Notes under the pieces: model-generated
Seen by the model: the letters and a program-made list of their open reading frames with translations, nothing else
What the model was told of the DNA's origin: nothing
Databases searched by the model: none
Part shown: positions 14,612-29,159 of the stretch, one piece after another
Numbering within the stretch: position 1 is the first letter of the stretch
How the letters are laid out: each line of letters starts with the position of its first letter
Program-made: the position numbers and the translations under genes
Assembly (NCBI GenBank): GCA_951406725.2
Contig: OX597816.1
Coordinates: 148,614,001-148,678,000, forward strand
DNA from: Octopus vulgaris
Taxonomy: Eukaryota
Length of the DNA stretch: 64,000 nt
Reading direction: 5' to 3'

Positions 14612-15522
14612 GGACCTATTCTTCGACGCTTCATTCAACCTATTCATCCATTTATTCGTAAAGCTCTCTGCCTATTTATCTGTCCATTGATGTGCTCACT
14701 GACTTTTTTCATACATACAACTATGTCAATCTCTCAATTTATCTATTTATCTTCCAACGTATCTATCCGTACGCTACTCCAGCTTGTTTTATATCTGTTT
14801 CTCTCTATCGACATGTCTTTTATCTAAAGACCTATCTGTCACTCTATCACTGTATCGGATAAGGATGCTTCTATTGTTTTCTTTAGTATTGTTGACCCTA
14901 TACTACTGTGTAAAAGACACGGAGGAAGCTAGCTTACGGTCACCTTTCACATTTCAATTTGCTGAATAAAAGCAATTGTCTACATGTAATTTTTCCTCTC
15001 TTCTCAATGATATTAGAAACATTTAACCTTCTCTGGGAGAAAACGAGGAGAAAGGAAAAGGCAACAGATGCATAAACAACACACATACACACGCGCTAGC
15101 GCACACACAGACGAACACATCCTCATATACATGCTTGTATGTATGGGGTCTACGTGTATTAATGCGCACCCATGTCTATGTATATACGAAGTGTGAGTAT
15201 GCTTTACGTACACGCTTGTGATGAGCTTTTGAGCTTATGTGTTTGTATGTATGTGTGTGTGTGTATTCGTGTTGGTAACTGTGTTCGTGTGTGACTATGT
15301 ATGTGTGCGTGTTATGTTTGTATTCATATGATGTGTATATGGGATTTGACTTAGCGTGTATATGCAAATACGATGCTAAAAGGATACATACACTTATGTA
15401 TGAGTGTAGATACATACACAGCTATTTGGAGACGGACAAACAGACAGAGAAGAAGGGGGAAGCAGACAGGCAGGCTGATAGATAGATAGAAAGATAGACA
15501 GTCAGACAGACAGAGAGGTAGG

Positions 15523-15603
<81 letters not shown>

Positions 15604-15604
15604 G

Positions 15605-15673
<69 letters not shown>

Positions 15674-15835
15674 TTGAAATTTATAGAACAGCAAAAGACA
15701 AAGACAGGTGTATGGACAACAAGCAGGTTTATTAGTTTGGCGCTCGGGAAAATGAAAAAGCCTTTTACATTTCGAGCCTACGCTCTTCATCAGAAATGAA
15801 TAAGAGAAAATAAACAGAGAGAGAATGAAAGACAC
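15674..15835 (-). mobile_element. Penelope-like pLTR remnant with a minimal hammerhead ribozyme (15763-15797)
   Basis: Minus strand reads ttt CTGATGA a GAGC gtag GCTC GAAA t GTA aaa, followed by gagcgccaaact...ttcaact and then (ATCT)n. Same family as 35.3 kb. Confidence 0.65.
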
Positions 15836-17826
15836 TTACACAGACAGGCAGACTTGTTTGATAGACATGTAAGTAGATCTATGCCATTCGTTATTTCTAG
15901 CTTTTTATAATGGAGCGAAATTAGTGAAAATGGTAGTGTTACTGAAGGTATTGTTTTGAATTGCAATTAACTCTTAGTTAATTACTAATTTGTTGTGTCT
16001 ATGTATTAATTTATGGTTTATATTTACGATTTCTTTACCTAATTTATTTTCTACTATTAATATGATATTCTTAATGAGATGGTTGTTTATCAACAAATAT
16101 TTTTCTATCTAGTTTCCTTTTGCGTCTTGTAGAGTAATGCGTTGAAAAGGCTTCTAATTGTAAATGCATAGTGTACCGGTGAAACAATGTTGTGATTGTA
16201 TGTCCAATATAGGAATTAGTCATAAATTTGGCGCATTTCAGATTTTCTGTAATTTGTGCATATCAAGTTGGTTATGTGACCTACGTTTTTCGACTTACAG
16301 TCTTGTGGTTGGGTAACACAACCATCTTATACAGATTGCTTCTAAATAAATTAAAACTTAGCAATGAAATTTTATAAATGTCAAAATGCAAACCATACAT
16401 TAGCATACAGATACGGTACCTTAGTCATAAACAAAGGGACAGTTGTTGAACTCTAAAAGTAATTTGGAATTAAGCTTCAAAATTTTAAATCTGTTTATCA
16501 TAATATCATAAATAACATGATGCTCGCCAAACTTGCAACTTACTTTTTTAAAAAAAAGGCAGCAATAACAAGCGCCATTAATAATCTCTTCGTTCAGAAA
16601 ATATGACCGATAAACTGTAGAGACGTTCAAGTATGTCTGTGTTCTGTGTTGTATAATTCCAAACTGTTCCGTTCTTAATTGGAAATTCAATCTCTAAAAA
16701 TTCTCGGAATCAAGTCAGTCTTTTATTTTTTTTCATGTTTGGTAAAATATCATTCATCAATCTATTGTTATGGATTTGAATGATTTTTACTTCTACATCA
16801 CAAAACTTGATGTTAAAGATAAAGTCAATATTCTATTTATATCAAATATGGGTGTGACTAGTGTCTACACAAAACCCTACAATTTTGTAGGAAAGAAAAT
16901 AGGATAACGATACTATCATTGCTTTCCAAGTGTATGAATAACATTGATAAGAAGCATCACAAAACGGCCTAAGCTTGCAGTGCTGCATACTTATAGTTAT
17001 ATAATATTCTATAACTATCCACATTTATTTCCAATATTGGTAAAAAAAGAAAATATTTAAAAAAGCCATGCATTTGGCGCAAGAGTCTAATCAGTTAAAT
17101 CGACCCCAGGACTTGAGTGGGAAGAGCATAGTTGGAATACCATTGCTAGTACACAATTGCGATTTGGGACACAAGCATCACAACAAGAGCTGGTATTTAT
17201 TTTATTTTCCAAAATAAGACATAATCAAAAGCAATGCGAACATGAAGTGAAATAAATAATCTAAGACATTTCGCGTGGCACTGCAGCGTTTCTTCAACCA
17301 TTTTGGACTGCCTGTGTATGATAGTGTTATGATCTTAATTCTTCTCTAACATCACTGATTGTCCAACGCAACATTTTGGTATATATTATGTGTGGGGAGG
17401 AGTGGGTGTTTCGTGTGTATCTGTGTCTGTGTGTGTGCGTGCGCATGTGTGTGATTTCCTTCATATTCTTTACTCGCTCCTGTTGTGTCTGTTGTGTTGT
17501 ATTTCTTTACTTTTCAAATGAAAGGTCACAGTTGATATGAGTCGACAGACAAACTACGACCTATCAGCAGTACATGAATAGCTATTTATGTGCTAGTTTG
17601 TGATCATATGTATGTATACATGTATGTATGTATGTATGTATGTATGTATGTATGTATGTATATATACGTGAATGTATGTATGTATGCGTATATATATGTA
17701 TGTATATGCATACATATATACATGCATGTATATATATGCACATATATACATATATAAACATGCCTATACATATATACATACATATATATATGTATGTATG
17801 TATGTATGTAAATATATATATATATG

Positions 17827-17904
<78 letters not shown>

Positions 17905-18335
17905 AGTGTGCTTGCGCGGTATATAGGTAACAATATAACGGACGTGAATGTGTGTATTCATTTGCGTATTTAAAACTGACAACACAAATTGGGCATCGAA
18001 AAAGAAGAAAAGGAAACTAAGAGATGTAATTGAAACAATAGCCAGCTATTTTCATAGCCATGTAGTCGGTATATTTTCAGACTTTAATACTGTTCATTTC
18101 AGTTCCCATTAAACATCTATAATGATGTGGGCCAAAATAGAAAAGTATTATATATCAACGGTTATTTTTCAATAGTTTTTTTTCTCTCTCAGTGTGTGAG
18201 AGTGAATCTGCATTGGAGTATGTATAGGAATATGTATACGTGCTTCTATGCCTGCGTATGTATGGGTGTGCATTTATCAACACACTATGTAGGCATCATT
18301 GCAAAACATTCCGATATATATATATATATATATAA

Positions 18336-18389
<54 letters not shown>

Positions 18390-20064
18390 GCATGTATATA
18401 TATATATATATATATGCACATACATACACATATGCATATACATAGACATATATATACATGTATTTCTGTGTATGCTTATATGTGTGTGCGTGCATATATA
18501 TATATATGCATATATGAATATATGTAAATATGCGAGTGTATGTATATGTATGTGTGTGTATGTGCGTGCGTGTGTGTTTGTATGTATATATATATATATA
18601 CACACACGATATTTTTGTATATTGATCGTCATTGTTTTTATTTTAGCTTTCATGCTTTTTAATCAGTAGATGAATAAATTTCCTCGAATGTTGCTCTCTG
18701 GTTCCGTGATGGGACGTCATCTGTTGCAGAAGAATGGCGCAGATAATAAGTTGTCAGTCAAATATGGACGTTTGAGAAACTACGTTTCATTGTTAATGCT
18801 TTTATTGTTGCTGTTGTTGTTGGTAGTAGTGATGATGATGGTGGTAGTTATGATTCTGCTAGTAGTCATGTAGTTGCAGATGCTGGTGATTGTGTATGTC
18901 TTATAGTGCTTGTGATCCGGTTTACCAAGTTCATAATAATGACGACGATGATGATCATGATGATCATGATGATTATGGTGGTTATGTTAGCAATGGTGAT
19001 AATTATGGTGGTCTCAAGAGGAGGTGAAGGAGATTCAGCCGTAGTACTACCACTAGTAGCGGTTGTGTCAAGAGTGGCGGTTGTGGTGGTGGTTTTGAGT
19101 GTAGTCGATGCGCGTGGATGTGGATGTGGATGTGATAATGAAGTTGGTGTTGATGATGTATTCAATGTAATGATGTCAGGAAAATCGTTTAGTCAGTAAT
19201 GATGAATATGCTTGTTGCGACGACGTAAAAGAAGAGGAATATACAAATTTTAAAAAATAACTTTGGGCAAAATTTAAATGAGATTTGTAACAAACGGTAG
19301 AAAACCAGGCTAAATATGTTGCGGAATTTTTCGGTGTTTTTTTTTTTTTTACATTACTGTATTAGATTCTTTGAATGTTTCGATTCAAACTGTTCCTTTT
19401 GTCTTCCGTCATTTTACCAGAAAATAACTAGCCCCTAGTATTGGTGATATACCTGTCAACAGTTCCAATAATTTACTATCCACTTAACCTCTCTCATATC
19501 ATTATTTTTTTTTTGTATTCTCTTCTGATATGATCTCGTCGCCATAAACAAACAAATCATTCATCAATTCTATGTTGCCTCCATATTCCATTATCTACTC
19601 GCTTCCACTTATTCTGCCTTATAACTAAAACAAGACATTTTACACAAGGTACAACACAAAACTATGCCACTAATTTTTGGTATCGACAAGTTCCCCTCTG
19701 ACGCAAGCTTTTGTGTTTCTCTGTCACAAAACATATATTTTTGTTAATTTCAAACATTAACACATAACACATAAAATAAACCTATATTTATCGCTTTGGA
19801 TCTCACAAAACACATAAAAAATATCTTTATCATGAAGTCTGAGACAAAGCTTTCCAAAATATTTATCCTTGGCTGTCATTGTTCCTTGTCCATATCTCAG
19901 GCTATTCTACTTTTCAAAATTGGGTGCATGTCCACTCACATTCCATTCATTTTCTTGTTTGACAAGATGGTAGCTCCATGAAGTTTTCTTCGTGATGAAC
20001 AGTGTTATTAATTCCTTGTAGCCTGTAACCTATTCAACCATCACACCATATTCATGATGTGATA

Positions 20065-20565
20065 AGGCGGCGAGCTGGCAGAAACGTTAACACGCCGGGC
20101 GAAATACTTAGCGGTATTTCACCTGTCTTTATGGTCTGAGTTCAAATTCCGCTGAGGTCGACTTTGCCTTTGATCCTTTAAGGCGGCGAGCTGGCAGAAA
20201 CGTTAGCACGCCGGGCGAAATGCTTAGCAGTATTTCGTCTGCCGCTACCTTCTGAGTTCAAATTCCGCCGAGGTCGACTTTGCCTTTCATCCTTTCGGGC
20301 TCGATAAATTAAGTACCAGTTACACACTGGGGTCGATATAATAGATTTAGTCCGTTTGTCCTCTCTGTGTTTAGCCCCTTGTGGGTAGTAAAGAAATAGG
20401 TATTTCACCTGTCTTTACGTTCTGAGTTCAAATTCCGCCGAGGTTGAATTTGCCTCTCATCCTTTCGGGGTCTATAAATTATGTACCATTTGCGTACTGG
20501 GGTCGATCGAATCAACTGGGCTCCTCCCCAAAAAATTCGAGCCTCGTGCCTAGAGTAGATAAGTA
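20065..20565 (+). mobile_element. SINE nested in a SINE, with a 67-bp duplication
   Basis: Full copy at ~20180-20398 flanked by near-identical 20113-20179 and 20399-20465. Confidence 0.85.
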
Positions 20566-22303
20566 TATTCATGATGTGATATCTATAAATTCTTGCGTGA
20601 CTAGAAACGTGGTTTACTTGTCTAATTTCACCTATAGTAAATCTATTATCTTTCTACTTGTAAATATTATTTAGCCACATACTCTAAAAATTACAATAAA
20701 TATTTTAATTCCCTTTTGTACGTATCATACACACACAGAATAAATGAAATAGTTGTCTATAACTGGAACAGCAAGGATAACCTATGTTTATCAATATACA
20801 AACTGAGGAGTCTTCAAATCACTCGTACATTTCAACATTAAAACAAAGTAGCAGGGATCATGTACCAATTGTAACGGGTTGAATACCCGTTTTAGAAAAA
20901 CGTAAATAAATAATATTACTATTGCTTTCCAAAAATCAAATTTTCTACCCTCGAAACATCAATTTAGTCATGTTCTAAACGTTTATTTTCCTTTGTTGCT
21001 TCTAAACACTTGCTTTCACTATCTCTTAGTTACCAGTATATTACAACGTGTTCTAATCTATAAACTTCGTATTCTAAACACCTCATATCTCTAGTCTATT
21101 CGAAGTTTCGAAGTACCAAATTATTATAGCTCTCAAACGGCATTGTTTTCGTTTATCTACTATAAAATCTATTTTACCTTTGACGTTTGACTATTTGCTA
21201 CCACCTAAATACCGAATAATCCATCAACAAATCACTAACAAAGGAGACTGTGTGACAGATTATACATTATCCTTTGATATGCTAGATACGGAGCCAAACC
21301 ACAACATACTATCTTAAAAAATGAAAAACATTTTATAGAATATAGCTCAAGATATTGCTAGAAACATTGGGTTGTGTTACAGTGTATTTCATAAAAGGTC
21401 GGCGCAGCCAGAGTTGATCTCGAGTTAAGAAACAAAGGACACCAAATCACTGGGTTAATCTAGATCCGAAATATCATTCACATTCCAAGATTATCTTTGG
21501 AAAACAAATATTTCGATGTAGTAAGAATGTCCCAGTACCTCCCACGTGATGGCTACTTGTTCCTATTAATCATCTCAACATTCTTCCGGCATTATTGCAC
21601 GCGAACACCCATTTTTGTCATGTGACCACAAAGCAAGAAGTGCACTGACACCTTAACTCAATTACAGTTGCCTTCAGATAGAATTCGAGATTATCTTTCG
21701 ACGTTAACACAAGTAAAACGGTGTGAGCATTTACAGTGTATTACAATACAATACGACCAATTAGATATAAGCATATAATATTTACAATAAAAGTATAATA
21801 ATTGTTTACAATAAATAAATTTGTTAAATAATTATTTCATGATTTACTATATCATAAATACATTTCAAATGATGAAGACGTTAGAATTCACTGTTGTTTT
21901 CTAAAGTGTTAGCTCTACAGGTGTTATCTACAGAAGTTTTCAAAAACGAATAGCTTCTTTGTAAGAAAACATATAAGATTGATCTCATGGGGTATGATTT
22001 TGGACATTTGTGGTTTATTTATATTATATATACTACGTTTTCTTTTCAAATATATTTTTATCTTTTATCTTGAAACAGAACACAAATCAATGAACCAGGC
22101 AGTTTAGAAAATAAAATTATCTGACATTCATTAGAAGCAGCGTGTATCTCATACATTTGTGAAAGTTATGGATTCTTCTTACACAAAAATACACACACAC
22201 ACACATATTTATATTTATACACACACACATGTATTTGTATGTGGTGTATATGGGCGTGTGTTTGTGGACGTATTGTGTAAAAATGTGTGACTGCCTTTAT
22301 ATG

Positions 22304-22334
<31 letters not shown>

Positions 22335-22428
22335 ATTTGTACTAATGTATATACAAATATATATATGTATATATGTAATATGAATGTCTGAGTATATATA
22401 TTTATTAATCCGTGTGTGCGCGCGCGTA

Positions 22429-22456
<28 letters not shown>

Positions 22457-22459
<3 letters not shown>

Positions 22460-22940
22460 AGTGGTATAAAAAAGTTCCCGGACTAGTTCTGTAGCGTGCT
22501 AACAGATGGCAGCAGTGGCCTTCATGAGGCTGTGTGCCGAGTGACATCGCTGTGTTTACTTTACTAGTTGCAAAATTTGTGATCATGTGTACGCTGTAAT
22601 CTGCGATTTTTGTCATGGACAGGGAGTTGGAACAAAGAGTCAACATGTCGTTTAACTTAGAAAGTCTGCTACAGGAACATTGAGCATGCTTCGGCAAGCT
22701 TACGGCGACGAGGCAATGGATCGTGCGCAATGTTTCGAGTGGCAAGGGTGCTTCAAAAGGTACGACAGAGCCGCTGCTCAATCAAGAGCATGCTCATCGT
22801 TTTTTTTTTTTTTTTTCGACATCCGCGGTATTATGCATCGAGAATTCGTCCTCCAGGGCCAGACCGTCAATCGAGAATTCTACAGCGAAGTTTTAAAGCG
22901 TTTGACGGAGGACATTCGACGAAAGCAGCAGGATCATGTG
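22457..22940 (+). mobile_element. Internally deleted mariner remnant
   Basis: TA plus TIR-like cgaagtggtataaaaaagttcccggact. HTH segment MLRQAYGDEAMDRAQCFEW, then catalytic-domain segment FFDIRGIMHREFVLQGQTVNREFYSEVLKRL. Confidence 0.85.
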
Positions 22941-22949
22941 AGCAAGGAT

Positions 22950-24060
22950 TAAACATCTCACTCTTGCTATTCAGGTAAACATCTGGGCGTTGGATACCCT
23001 TTAAAATTGCTCTCTTCTCAGCTAGGCATAACCTGAAACCTCCTGCTGTTATTGAAGTATGTTTTGCATTTCTCCAGGATCATCCACTTTATGCTGTACT
23101 CTGTGGCTCTTTCTTTCAAAGATCTTTCAAAGATGTTGAAGGAGGACTTGTAGTTGTTAAAGTGGATCTGAAGGGGCTTTCTGTTGCCCCCACATACTTC
23201 CGCACGCTCGGTTGTCCATTAGATCCTATGACTGTCAGCTCTGCTTTGTATACAACTATCTCCGTGTTGCAGTGGCCGTTCAGCGGACAAATTGTGTTAC
23301 CCCTGCAAGAGTATCCTGCCTCTGTTTCGGGTTTAGGCCTATCTGCTAAAATATTCCTTACACTAAGTGCACAGCTAGAAGATAATCTCAGGGTATGTCT
23401 ATTAAATATTTTGTTGAATTTATTAGTACGGAGGAAGTGTCTATCAACTAAACTAAAGACGATCTTACCTACTCTGGTCTTAACGTTTGAAGATAAGGGC
23501 GGTTTGAACCACAACACTTTCCAGTGATGCTTTCTCGGTCGGGGTGGTTGCTAGGGTCTGGCTTGTAACTAATACTATCCTTCAAAGCTCTGGCAGCCAG
23601 ACCCTAGTTGTAACGTGGGGCAGCAACATCTCTTTCCTTGAAGATAAATTGGAGATTCTCCTGCTGACGCCCTTAATCAGATTCCTGAACGCTATAGCTG
23701 GATGGCAGGAGCCTGTGTTAATGTAAGACAGCTTCTCATTTGGTTTCCATGGCGCCTATAAGCACCAGATTCAAGGTTCAGGGTCACGTCAAGGAAATAT
23801 ACCGTTTTCAGGTTGGTCTCTTTTGTGACCTTCAGTCCAAAAGATTCATGGTGTTTGTGAAGTCCTTCCTGAGTCATTAATCCTTCTTGATATTGCCAGT
23901 GCGTCATCTCTGTAGAGGCCAAAGCTAGTTTAAGGGAATTTCTTTTTTAATATTTCTAAAATAAAGAGACCGACTAGATCACATACGTCAGTACTGTCGA
24001 ATGCACCCATTGCCACGTTGAAGGAGCCCATTGGATCAATACATCTGGTCCAAGATGTAT
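22950..24060 (-). mobile_element. Penelope-like element fragment (Naiad-type RT and GIY-YIG endonuclease), pseudogenised
   Basis: FNVAMGAFDSTDVCDLVG, GLYRDDAL, FLDVTLNL, WFKPPLSSNVKT..IFNRHTLRLSSSC and CRGNTICPLNGHC..VVYKA..YVGATE. Confidence 0.85.
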
Positions 24061-24668
24061 TGATCCAAGAGTAAGGTTCTTCTGATGTGCATGTGAACTA
24101 CAGCACTTTCTGGTGACATGAGATAACTCCTGCCACTCTAGCTTTCAGACCACCAGACTATATGGTTTCGATCCTCGGTGGTGGGTACTCATTGCCAGGC
24201 ATAACACCAGTTTACCTCGCTTGCAATGTATAGAAAACAAAGTGTAAAACAGTCACTGATTTTGTAACTAGGAAACTAGTCCGATAGAAAATCTTTGTTC
24301 GAGATAGAAGCAGTATACGAACCAAAACGTATTGCTTATAGCCACTTTAATGTGGCTGTCCTCTAAGAAATGATGAAACTGCATTATATATATGTGTGTG
24401 TATGTGTGTATGTATGTATGTATGCATGTATGTATGTATGTATGTATGTGAATTTCTTGACGTCACAAGCAACATGACGTTAAATTTTGACCTAAACTTT
24501 TGTCTTTTTCACAGTCGGAAATTCTGAGTACTGTTCCACGCTTTGAATCTCTTTTTCCATATATTTATGGAGAGTGTTTGGTTGTTCTTTATGGCCGTTC
24601 AGAGAATGACCATTGGTTTTGCACCTATACAGCAAAGCGCTTTATAGGTGCGAAACCAAACACACACA

Positions 24669-24773
<105 letters not shown>

Positions 24774-24893
24774 TCACCGAGTATAACAAACAACCTTCTA
24801 AAAATATTACTGCTCTAATATTTTAGAGTCTGCTTCTTCAGATATATAAGCATACGTACATGTGTGTGTATGTGCGTGCGTGCGTGCGCGCGC

Positions 24894-24948
<55 letters not shown>

Positions 24949-25689
24949 GTGTGTGTGTGTGTGTGGAAAACTTCAATCTTTTTCAAATTTTATTACGTAT
25001 TCGCAATGTTGATTTTCTTACTTCTTTCTGTCTTCGTCAATAATAGCAAAAACAAATCAAAAACAATATATTCTGAATATTTTATTATACATAAAAAAAA
25101 ATCATTCCTTTTAAAATCAATACAAAAAAAATGGGAAGAATTGATTTTAAGCTAAATATTATAATTTATTAAAACATCATCTATTTTGCACTTATTTTAT
25201 TGGCTTCACGTAGAGAGGTCGTTGTATAATATTTTGAAATAACTTATACTCAGATAATTGTAATTTCAGTATATCATTACTATACATCTAATAAGCTACC
25301 TGCCAACTGTTTTTTTTTAAATTCCAGCTTGAAGAGACTGTCACAGCTTTTTAAACACGTCCTACTAAACAGTTTGTCACGCTTGATTAGTTTGCCCGCT
25401 ATGCAATGAAGTTTTGTGTTAAACCGGGCAAATATTTATGAAATGTTCCAGACTGCTTAAGAATTAACTTTTTCGCTGGCAAAAGAGATTCAAGAACGAT
25501 GGAGAGGAGGTAAGCGACAATGAGAGGTATGGGAGGTAGAGAGATGCTGGAACATCAGAGATGGTTGAGAAAATTTGCATTTCCCTGCATGAAGATTGTT
25601 GTGTTTATAAAGAAAATTAACATAGTTTGGAGTTGGTGTGGCAACTGGACACAGAATTATAGATGAAGATCTGAACATACACAAAATAC

Positions 25690-26025
25690 AATAAAAATTT
25701 TTTGCAAGGTACTCAGTGATGAGCATCCTGGTACCCAAGTACTTGACAGAGATATGGGCATCAAAACTATCCCTCACCCTCCCTATAATCCAGACCTTGT
25801 TCATTGTAACTTTTGATTGCTCCCGAAAGCTGTAGAAGAACTTCAGATGCAGTCGTTTTGAAGATAAAGAAATCTGTGAGACGGATTCTGGACACCTTCA
25901 TTTTGGAGGACTTCCATGGGACCTTCACGAAGGGACTAGAATCAGAGGATCCTACTTCCAAGGAGATTAGAATTAATGAATGTCTATCCTGAAAAAGTCT
26001 CAAAACTTCTGGAATGCACTTTGTA
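25690..26025 (+). mobile_element. Mariner 3' remnant
   Basis: MGIKTIPHPPYNPDL motif. The end aaaacttctggaatgcactttg-TA is TIR-like. Confidence 0.65.
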
Positions 26026-26044
26026 CTCACAACGAATATATTGG

Positions 26045-26250
26045 TTTCAAATTTTAGCACAAGGCCAGCGGTCGGGGTGGGGAGTCGATTACATCAACCC
26101 CAATGAGCAACTGATACTTATTTCATCGACCTCGAAAGGATGAGAGGCAAAGTCTATCTCGGAGGAATTGTAAATCAGGACGTAAACACGGACTAAATGC
26201 CGCGAAGCATTTTGTCCGGTGTGCTAACGATTCTACTAGCTCGCCACCTT
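26045..26250 (-). mobile_element. tRNA-derived SINE, older monomer
   Basis: Similar to the family core over ~200 bp. Confidence 0.8.
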
Positions 26251-26878
26251 ACAACGAATATATCAAAAATAAAATAAACATACGCGCGCGCACACATATC
26301 ACTAAAACTAACTACGCGCACACGCACACAAACACACAGGCATAAGCGTAATTACGTGCACATAACTCAACAGATTCACATGCATACAATCATACAAACT
26401 AACCTGTTCGTTACATCTCCTGTGCTCTACTGTGCATGAAACTTCTTTTTTCCTTTGACTTTAGGTTATATATATATCCAACATAGATTGATGCGAATCA
26501 ACATACGCATTTCTTCAATTTATTCTCTTTGTCTCTTTTTCTTTCTTTCTTTTTTTTTTTTGTTTTGTTTTTTCACGATCCATTCTTCTGAAGAAGGGCT
26601 TAAGTTAAAAAAAGACCAAAGACATTTCTGGGGGGGGGGTTTCCCCTGAACGCGAAATTAAAGACTATACTTTGCTTTTACTTTGCCTTTCGTGTTATAT
26701 ACAGGAATAAAATGTTAAAAAGACAGTCAGTCAAAGTTTTTTAAATTTCTAACAAAACGAAATACCTTTCATTGGATTCATTGATTTAATAAAACATATT
26801 GACTCAGATTTAATACTTTGAGTTCTTTCTTCTAAGCATCGTTACCTTGTTCCTCTTAACAGGCAGCCCCAGAATTTA

Positions 26879-26987
<109 letters not shown>

Positions 26988-27389
26988 GTGACGGTGTGAA
27001 ATGCTGCATTGAATACCATCTCTTCACCTTCAAAAGTAATATAACCATTTGATGGAGATCGAGAAAATATATACTAGACTGGAATAAATTATGGGATTGA
27101 TATAATTACCAAAATGCTTGAAGTCGGTGCTCCAGGCTGGCCGTAATTCAGTGACTGGAACCAATAAAAGAATAAAAGAATAAGTCAAAGTAAGTCATTT
27201 TGTTTACTAAATTCATCTTCTGCCGATACTCTACCGGTTCTGATATATAATCCTGATAAAAAAAAATATCACCAGATCATTTTTTTATGATCTGTGAAAG
27301 GATAAAAGACCAAGTTGACACCGGTGGGATTTTGATTTCGAACATGAAAGGTAGTAAGTAAATACAGCAAGATATTTTACCTTAACATA

Positions 27390-28600
27390 ATAATGGCCTA
27401 TGACATGATTTTCTGTTCGTGAATGTTTGAATTGTTGGAGACTGTAGAAATAGTGAAGAATATAAGAAAGTTAATTGTAAAGAATGTGAGTAAATGGAAA
27501 ACAAAATCAAACTATTCTAGCGATGATAGAAAGTATTAAATCCAACAGAAAATGTTTCTGGATGACAGTATGTATCCTTTGTTATTGGTGATATGCATGA
27601 TACTTTAACATTGCTGCGAAGATTTGTAATGGATGTATATATTATTGAAGGTAGGCAACATAAAGTAAATCACCTTATATTTATGGATGACTTGAAACTA
27701 TTTGCAAAGAGTGAAGATCAAATAGACACTTTAGTATCGGCAGAAGATGAATTTAGTAAAGATATTGGGATGGAGTTTGGGATTAAAAACCGTGAAGTTT
27801 TAATAATGAAAAGAAGAAAGATGATGGGAAGGAATGGGATATAATTACCAGATAAGAAAATCATAAAATAGATAGGTAAAAGGTTATATATACGTATGTA
27901 TTACAGAGCTAGATAAGATGAATGAAGCTAACATGAAGGCAGTGCTTAGAAAGGAATATTTTAGAAACTTAAAATTAGTGCTTAAATCTCAGCAAAATAG
28001 TAAAAATAAGACTCCTGCCATTAACACATGAACCATATCTCTTTTGACGTATAATAGAGAAATCCTAAAGGGGGTGTTCAGAAGGAAGCGTTGGTTTAAG
28101 TAGAAAAACTTGAAAAGCATTGCTTATATATACGAGCATTACACCTCAAAAGTGATGTTAATAGGATTTATACAATCCGTAAAATGTAAGTAGGAGATTA
28201 ATTATTGTGGAGGATACATACAGTGCAGCGAAAAAATAGTATAAGCTACGTAAAGAAAACTGCAGAGACGCTGTTGGGAAGGATCAAGAAAAGAGGATTA
28301 AGAATGCAGAATTTGTATTTAAAAAGAATTCAGAAATGATATCTGATTATTTAAAAAAAAAAAACAAATACAGAGAACTCTTGACAAAGAAAGAAAAATC
28401 TATCGACAGTTTTTAAGATAACTGAGTTTGTGGAGACAGTTAAATGGCAGCCATTGATAGAAAAAAATTGTGAACAAAAACCTGAAGCCTAATGACCAGA
28501 CATAGATCCTGAGAATAAACTACATCAACTTTGAATATAGATTAAAAAAGAACACTGGTTGTCCACAGCATGGAATGAGCTTCAAAAAGCGTGAATGCGC
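27390..28600 (+). mobile_element. Old R4/Dong-like RT fragment
   Basis: VNHLIFMDDLKLFAKSEDQID..DIGMEFGIK (RT5-6) and LHLKSDVNRIY-like downstream motifs. Heavily degenerate. Confidence 0.75.
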
Positions 28601-28956
28601 TTAGAATGTGCATCGAAAAATGTGAATGCGCTTATTTGGTAAGTTAATATAGTAAATATTAGCGAAGAAGGGAGTGTAGTGTACCAGATTGAAAGAGCTG
28701 ACGACAAACATCTTCCCCTCTGGTCGAGCCCTCATCAACATTTTCAATTTCCACTTGAAAAGGAATGTAAAGTTTGAGGGAGAAGCGCTGCCTTTCAGCA
28801 AATGGAGTATGAGATGGCCCGTGTTAGCAGGACTGTTCTGAGCATGCGCCTGTAGATTGCAGGAGGAGGAAAGAGAGAAAATACTTACCCTAGTGGTGCG
28901 GTTGAACATTTTGCGGGGTTTCTATGAGCGACCCTCACACACTCTCACATACACAG

Positions 28957-28990
<34 letters not shown>

Positions 28991-29159
28991 ATTTTGCGGA
29001 ATTGTTTCTTGGATGAGTTCATCGTTTCTTTGTTTTTATTATTTTACCGTTTACGCGCTTTTATCTGGGCCCCGTATTGTATTGTATCATCCTGTACCGT
29101 CCTCGACATCTTTGAAAGGTCTTAGTGAATAATGAAAACATTGTCATTATCATTATTAT

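Noticed and set aside
19440-20040. Faint Merlin/IS1595-like motif (TVHHEENF) on the minus strand
   Set aside because: A single weak motif, with no TIRs or catalytic residues recognisable.
26586-26610. Lone CTGANGA motifs (also at 4748, 48826 and 60857)
   Set aside because: No paired stem II followed by GAAA and NUH.
28850-28888. Minus-strand GTAAGT..polypyrimidine..CAG mini-intron
   Set aside because: It is only 39 nt long, and no convincing exons flank it.
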